Origin: a virus
Lineage: Duplodnaviria; Heunggongvirae; Uroviricota; Caudoviricetes
DNA: 43,359 nt
IMG/VR virus record: IMGVR_UViG_2541047745_000011
Location: 1 to 43,359 of that record
Reading direction: 5' to 3' (one strand)
Shown here: positions 41,658 to 43,359 of the stretch, piece by piece
Numbering within the stretch: the stretch's first letter is position 1
How the letters are laid out: every line of letters begins with the position of its first letter
Translations under genes and position numbers: made by a program
The notes under the pieces: generated by a model
Database searches by the model: none
What the model saw: only the letters and a program-made list of their open reading frames with translations
Told to the model about the DNA's origin: nothing

Positions 41658-41672
41658 CTGCAGGGGACACCA
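41658..41672 (+). other. tRNA 3'-terminal fragment CTGCAGGGGACACCA, candidate attR core
   Basis: Sequence of a tRNA acceptor 3' strand plus ACCA, consistent with argW 3' end from memory; flanked by GGGTAAAATA direct repeats at 41579-41600 on the phage side. Confidence 0.55.
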
Positions 41673-42111
41673 GATACCCTTCAAACGATATCTACCTTCA
41701 CCCCGTAAAAGATAAGTTTGGCAGCACATTTGCCCTATCTACTCATTTTTCCTGCAACAGGTTGAAATCTCAACACGGTCAGAAAACGCTGATGACTAAA
41801 CAGCCCTGGGCTGGGCGATGTAACCATCACACACAATCCTGATCGCGAAATATGGCGTGACTTGATACTTCACTCCACAATGCTTTCCTTGATGAATTCG
41901 CAGGCCCGTGATACACGGGACAGGTCGCTGAATTACGACAATGCCCTGGAAATCAGCGAGCCGTGTATCCGGAGTACATTTGAGCGACTGTACCAGAACA
42001 TGAATGAGGCGTTTGGATTAGGCGATTATTAGCAGGGCTAAGCATTTTGGTATTATTATTTTCCGGTTGAGGGATATAGAGCTATCGACAACAACCGGAA
42101 AAAGTTTACGT

Positions 42112-43359
42112 TTATATTGCTGAAGGTACTGGCGTTTCCATCACTATTTGCTCACGTTTTTTACTCAGGAAGAAAATGCCAAATAGCAACATCAGGCAGA
42201 CAATACCCGAAATTGCGAAAAAAACCGTCTGGTAGCCTGCGTGGTCAAAGAGTATCCCAGTCGGCGTTGAAAGCAGCACAATCCCCAACGAACTGGCAAT
42301 TTGAAAACCAATCAGAAAGATCGTCGACGACAGGCGCTTATCAAAATTTGCCACGCTGTATTTGAAGACGGATATGACACAAAGTGGAACCTCAATGGCA
42401 TGTAACAGCTTCACTAATGAAATAATCCAGGGGTTAACGAATAGCGCGCAGGAAAGGATACGCAACGCCATAATCACAACACCGATAAGTAATGCATTTT
42501 TTGGCCCTACCCGATTCACAAAGAAAGGAATAATCGCCATGCACAGCGCTTCGAGTACCACCTGGAATGAGTTGAGATAACCATACAGGCGCGTTCCTAC
42601 ATCGTGGGATTCGAATAAACCTGCATAAAAGACAGGAAAGAGTTGTTGATCAAAAATGTTATAGAAAGACCACGTCCCCACAATAAATATGACGAAAACC
42701 CAGAAGTTTCGATCCTTGAAAACTGCGATAAAATCCTCTTTTTTTACCCCTCCCACATCCGCCGCTACGCACTGGTGTTCCTGCTCTTTAAAACGCATGT
42801 TGATCATCATAAATACAGCGCCAAATAGAGAGACCAACCAGAAGTTGATATGGGGACTGATACTAAAAAATATGCCAGCAAAGAATGCGCCAATAGCATA
42901 GCCAAAAGATCCCCAGGCGCGCGCTGTTCCATATTCGAAATGAAAATTTCGCGCCATTTTTTCGGTGAAGCTGTCAAGCAAACCGCATCCCGCCAGATAC
43001 CCCAGACCAAAAAAGAGCGCCCCCAGAATTAAACCTACAGAAAAATTGCTTTGCAGTAACGGTTCATAAACGTAAATCATAAACGGTCCGGTCAAGACCA
43101 AGATGAAACTCATACACCAGATGAGCGGTTTCTTCAGACCGAGTTTATCCTGAACGATGCCGTAGAACATCATAAATAGAATGCTGGTAAACTGGTTGAC
43201 CGAATAAAGTGTACCTAATTCCGTCCCTGTCAACCCTAGATGTCCTTTCAGCCAAATAGCGTATAATGACCACCACAGCGACCAGGAAATAAAAAAGAGA
43301 AATGAGTAACTGGATGCAAAACGATAGTACGCATTTCTGAATGGAATATTCAGTGCCAT
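42112..43359 (-). CDS. cscB: Sucrose:H+ symporter CscB (LacY-family MFS permease), host chromosomal gene
   Basis: 415 aa, MALNIPFRNAYYRFASSYSFLFFISWSLWWSLYAIWLKG..., 12 predicted TM helices; ATG at window end. Confidence 0.8.
   Translation of the reverse strand: MALNIPFRNAYYRFASSYSFLFFISWSLWWSLYAIWLKGHLGLTGTELGTLYSVNQFTSILFMMFYGIVQDKLGLKKPLIWCMSFILVLTGPFMIYVYEPLLQSNFSVGLILGALFFGLGYLAGCGLLDSFTEKMARNFHFEYGTARAWGSFGYAIGAFFAGIFFSISPHINFWLVSLFGAVFMMINMRFKEQEHQCVAADVGGVKKEDFIAVFKDRNFWVFVIFIVGTWSFYNIFDQQLFPVFYAGLFESHDVGTRLYGYLNSFQVVLEALCMAIIPFFVNRVGPKNALLIGVVIMALRILSCALFVNPWIISLVKLLHAIEVPLCVISVFKYSVANFDKRLSSTIFLIGFQIASSLGIVLLSTPTGILFDHAGYQTVFFAISGIVCLMLLFGIFFLSKKREQIVMETPVPSAI

Noticed and set aside
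41654-41842. 62-codon ORF spanning the tRNA-derived att core and host flank
   Set aside because: Crosses the phage-host junction and has no RBS; likely spurious.

Overview
This window is almost entirely one P22-like (Sf6/HK620-type) lambdoid prophage of about 41.7 kb in an Escherichia/Shigella-type chromosome, with its right flank reaching the host sucrose permease gene cscB. Calls rest on reading the ORF translations against remembered P22, Sf6, lambda and phage 21 proteins; no database search was run. Layout left to right: a P4-type tyrosine integrase (1-1158, + strand); then on the - strand a complete P22-type virion module (tailspike, gp16/gp20/gp7/gp14 ejection proteins, gp26 tail needle, gp10, gp4, coat, scaffold, portal, TerL, TerS), a KilA-N protein, a phage-21-type lysis cassette (pinholin, SAR endolysin, Rz/Rz1), an HNH-AP2 endonuclease, Q antiterminator, nin region (NinH, RusA, NinE, NinB), DnaB-like helicase and an O-like initiator with ori iterons, lambda-identical cII/oop/PRE/nutR and a cro-like gene; then on the + strand a non-lambda cI repressor with TTACCTGCAGGTAA operators, nutL, lambda-type N, cIII- and Kil-like genes, RecT, Ea22-like paralogues, a DUF550/DUF551 protein and an AlpA-family excisionase-like gene. 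Two insertion sequences interrupt essential phage genes with intact target-site duplications: IS1 (3418-4185) sits inside codon 20 of the tailspike gene and an IS21-family element (23483-25436, 1954 bp) splits the Q antiterminator, so the prophage is most likely defective. No single complete novel system can be proven from sequence alone. The best candidates are accessory genes in classical moron positions: a divergent lipoprotein pair in the sieA/immI locus, a membrane protein translationally coupled to cI, an antisense AT-rich gene between N and cIII, and an orphan Mnt repressor whose palindromic operator now sits directly upstream of the tailspike. A tRNA 3' half is split around alpA at the right end.
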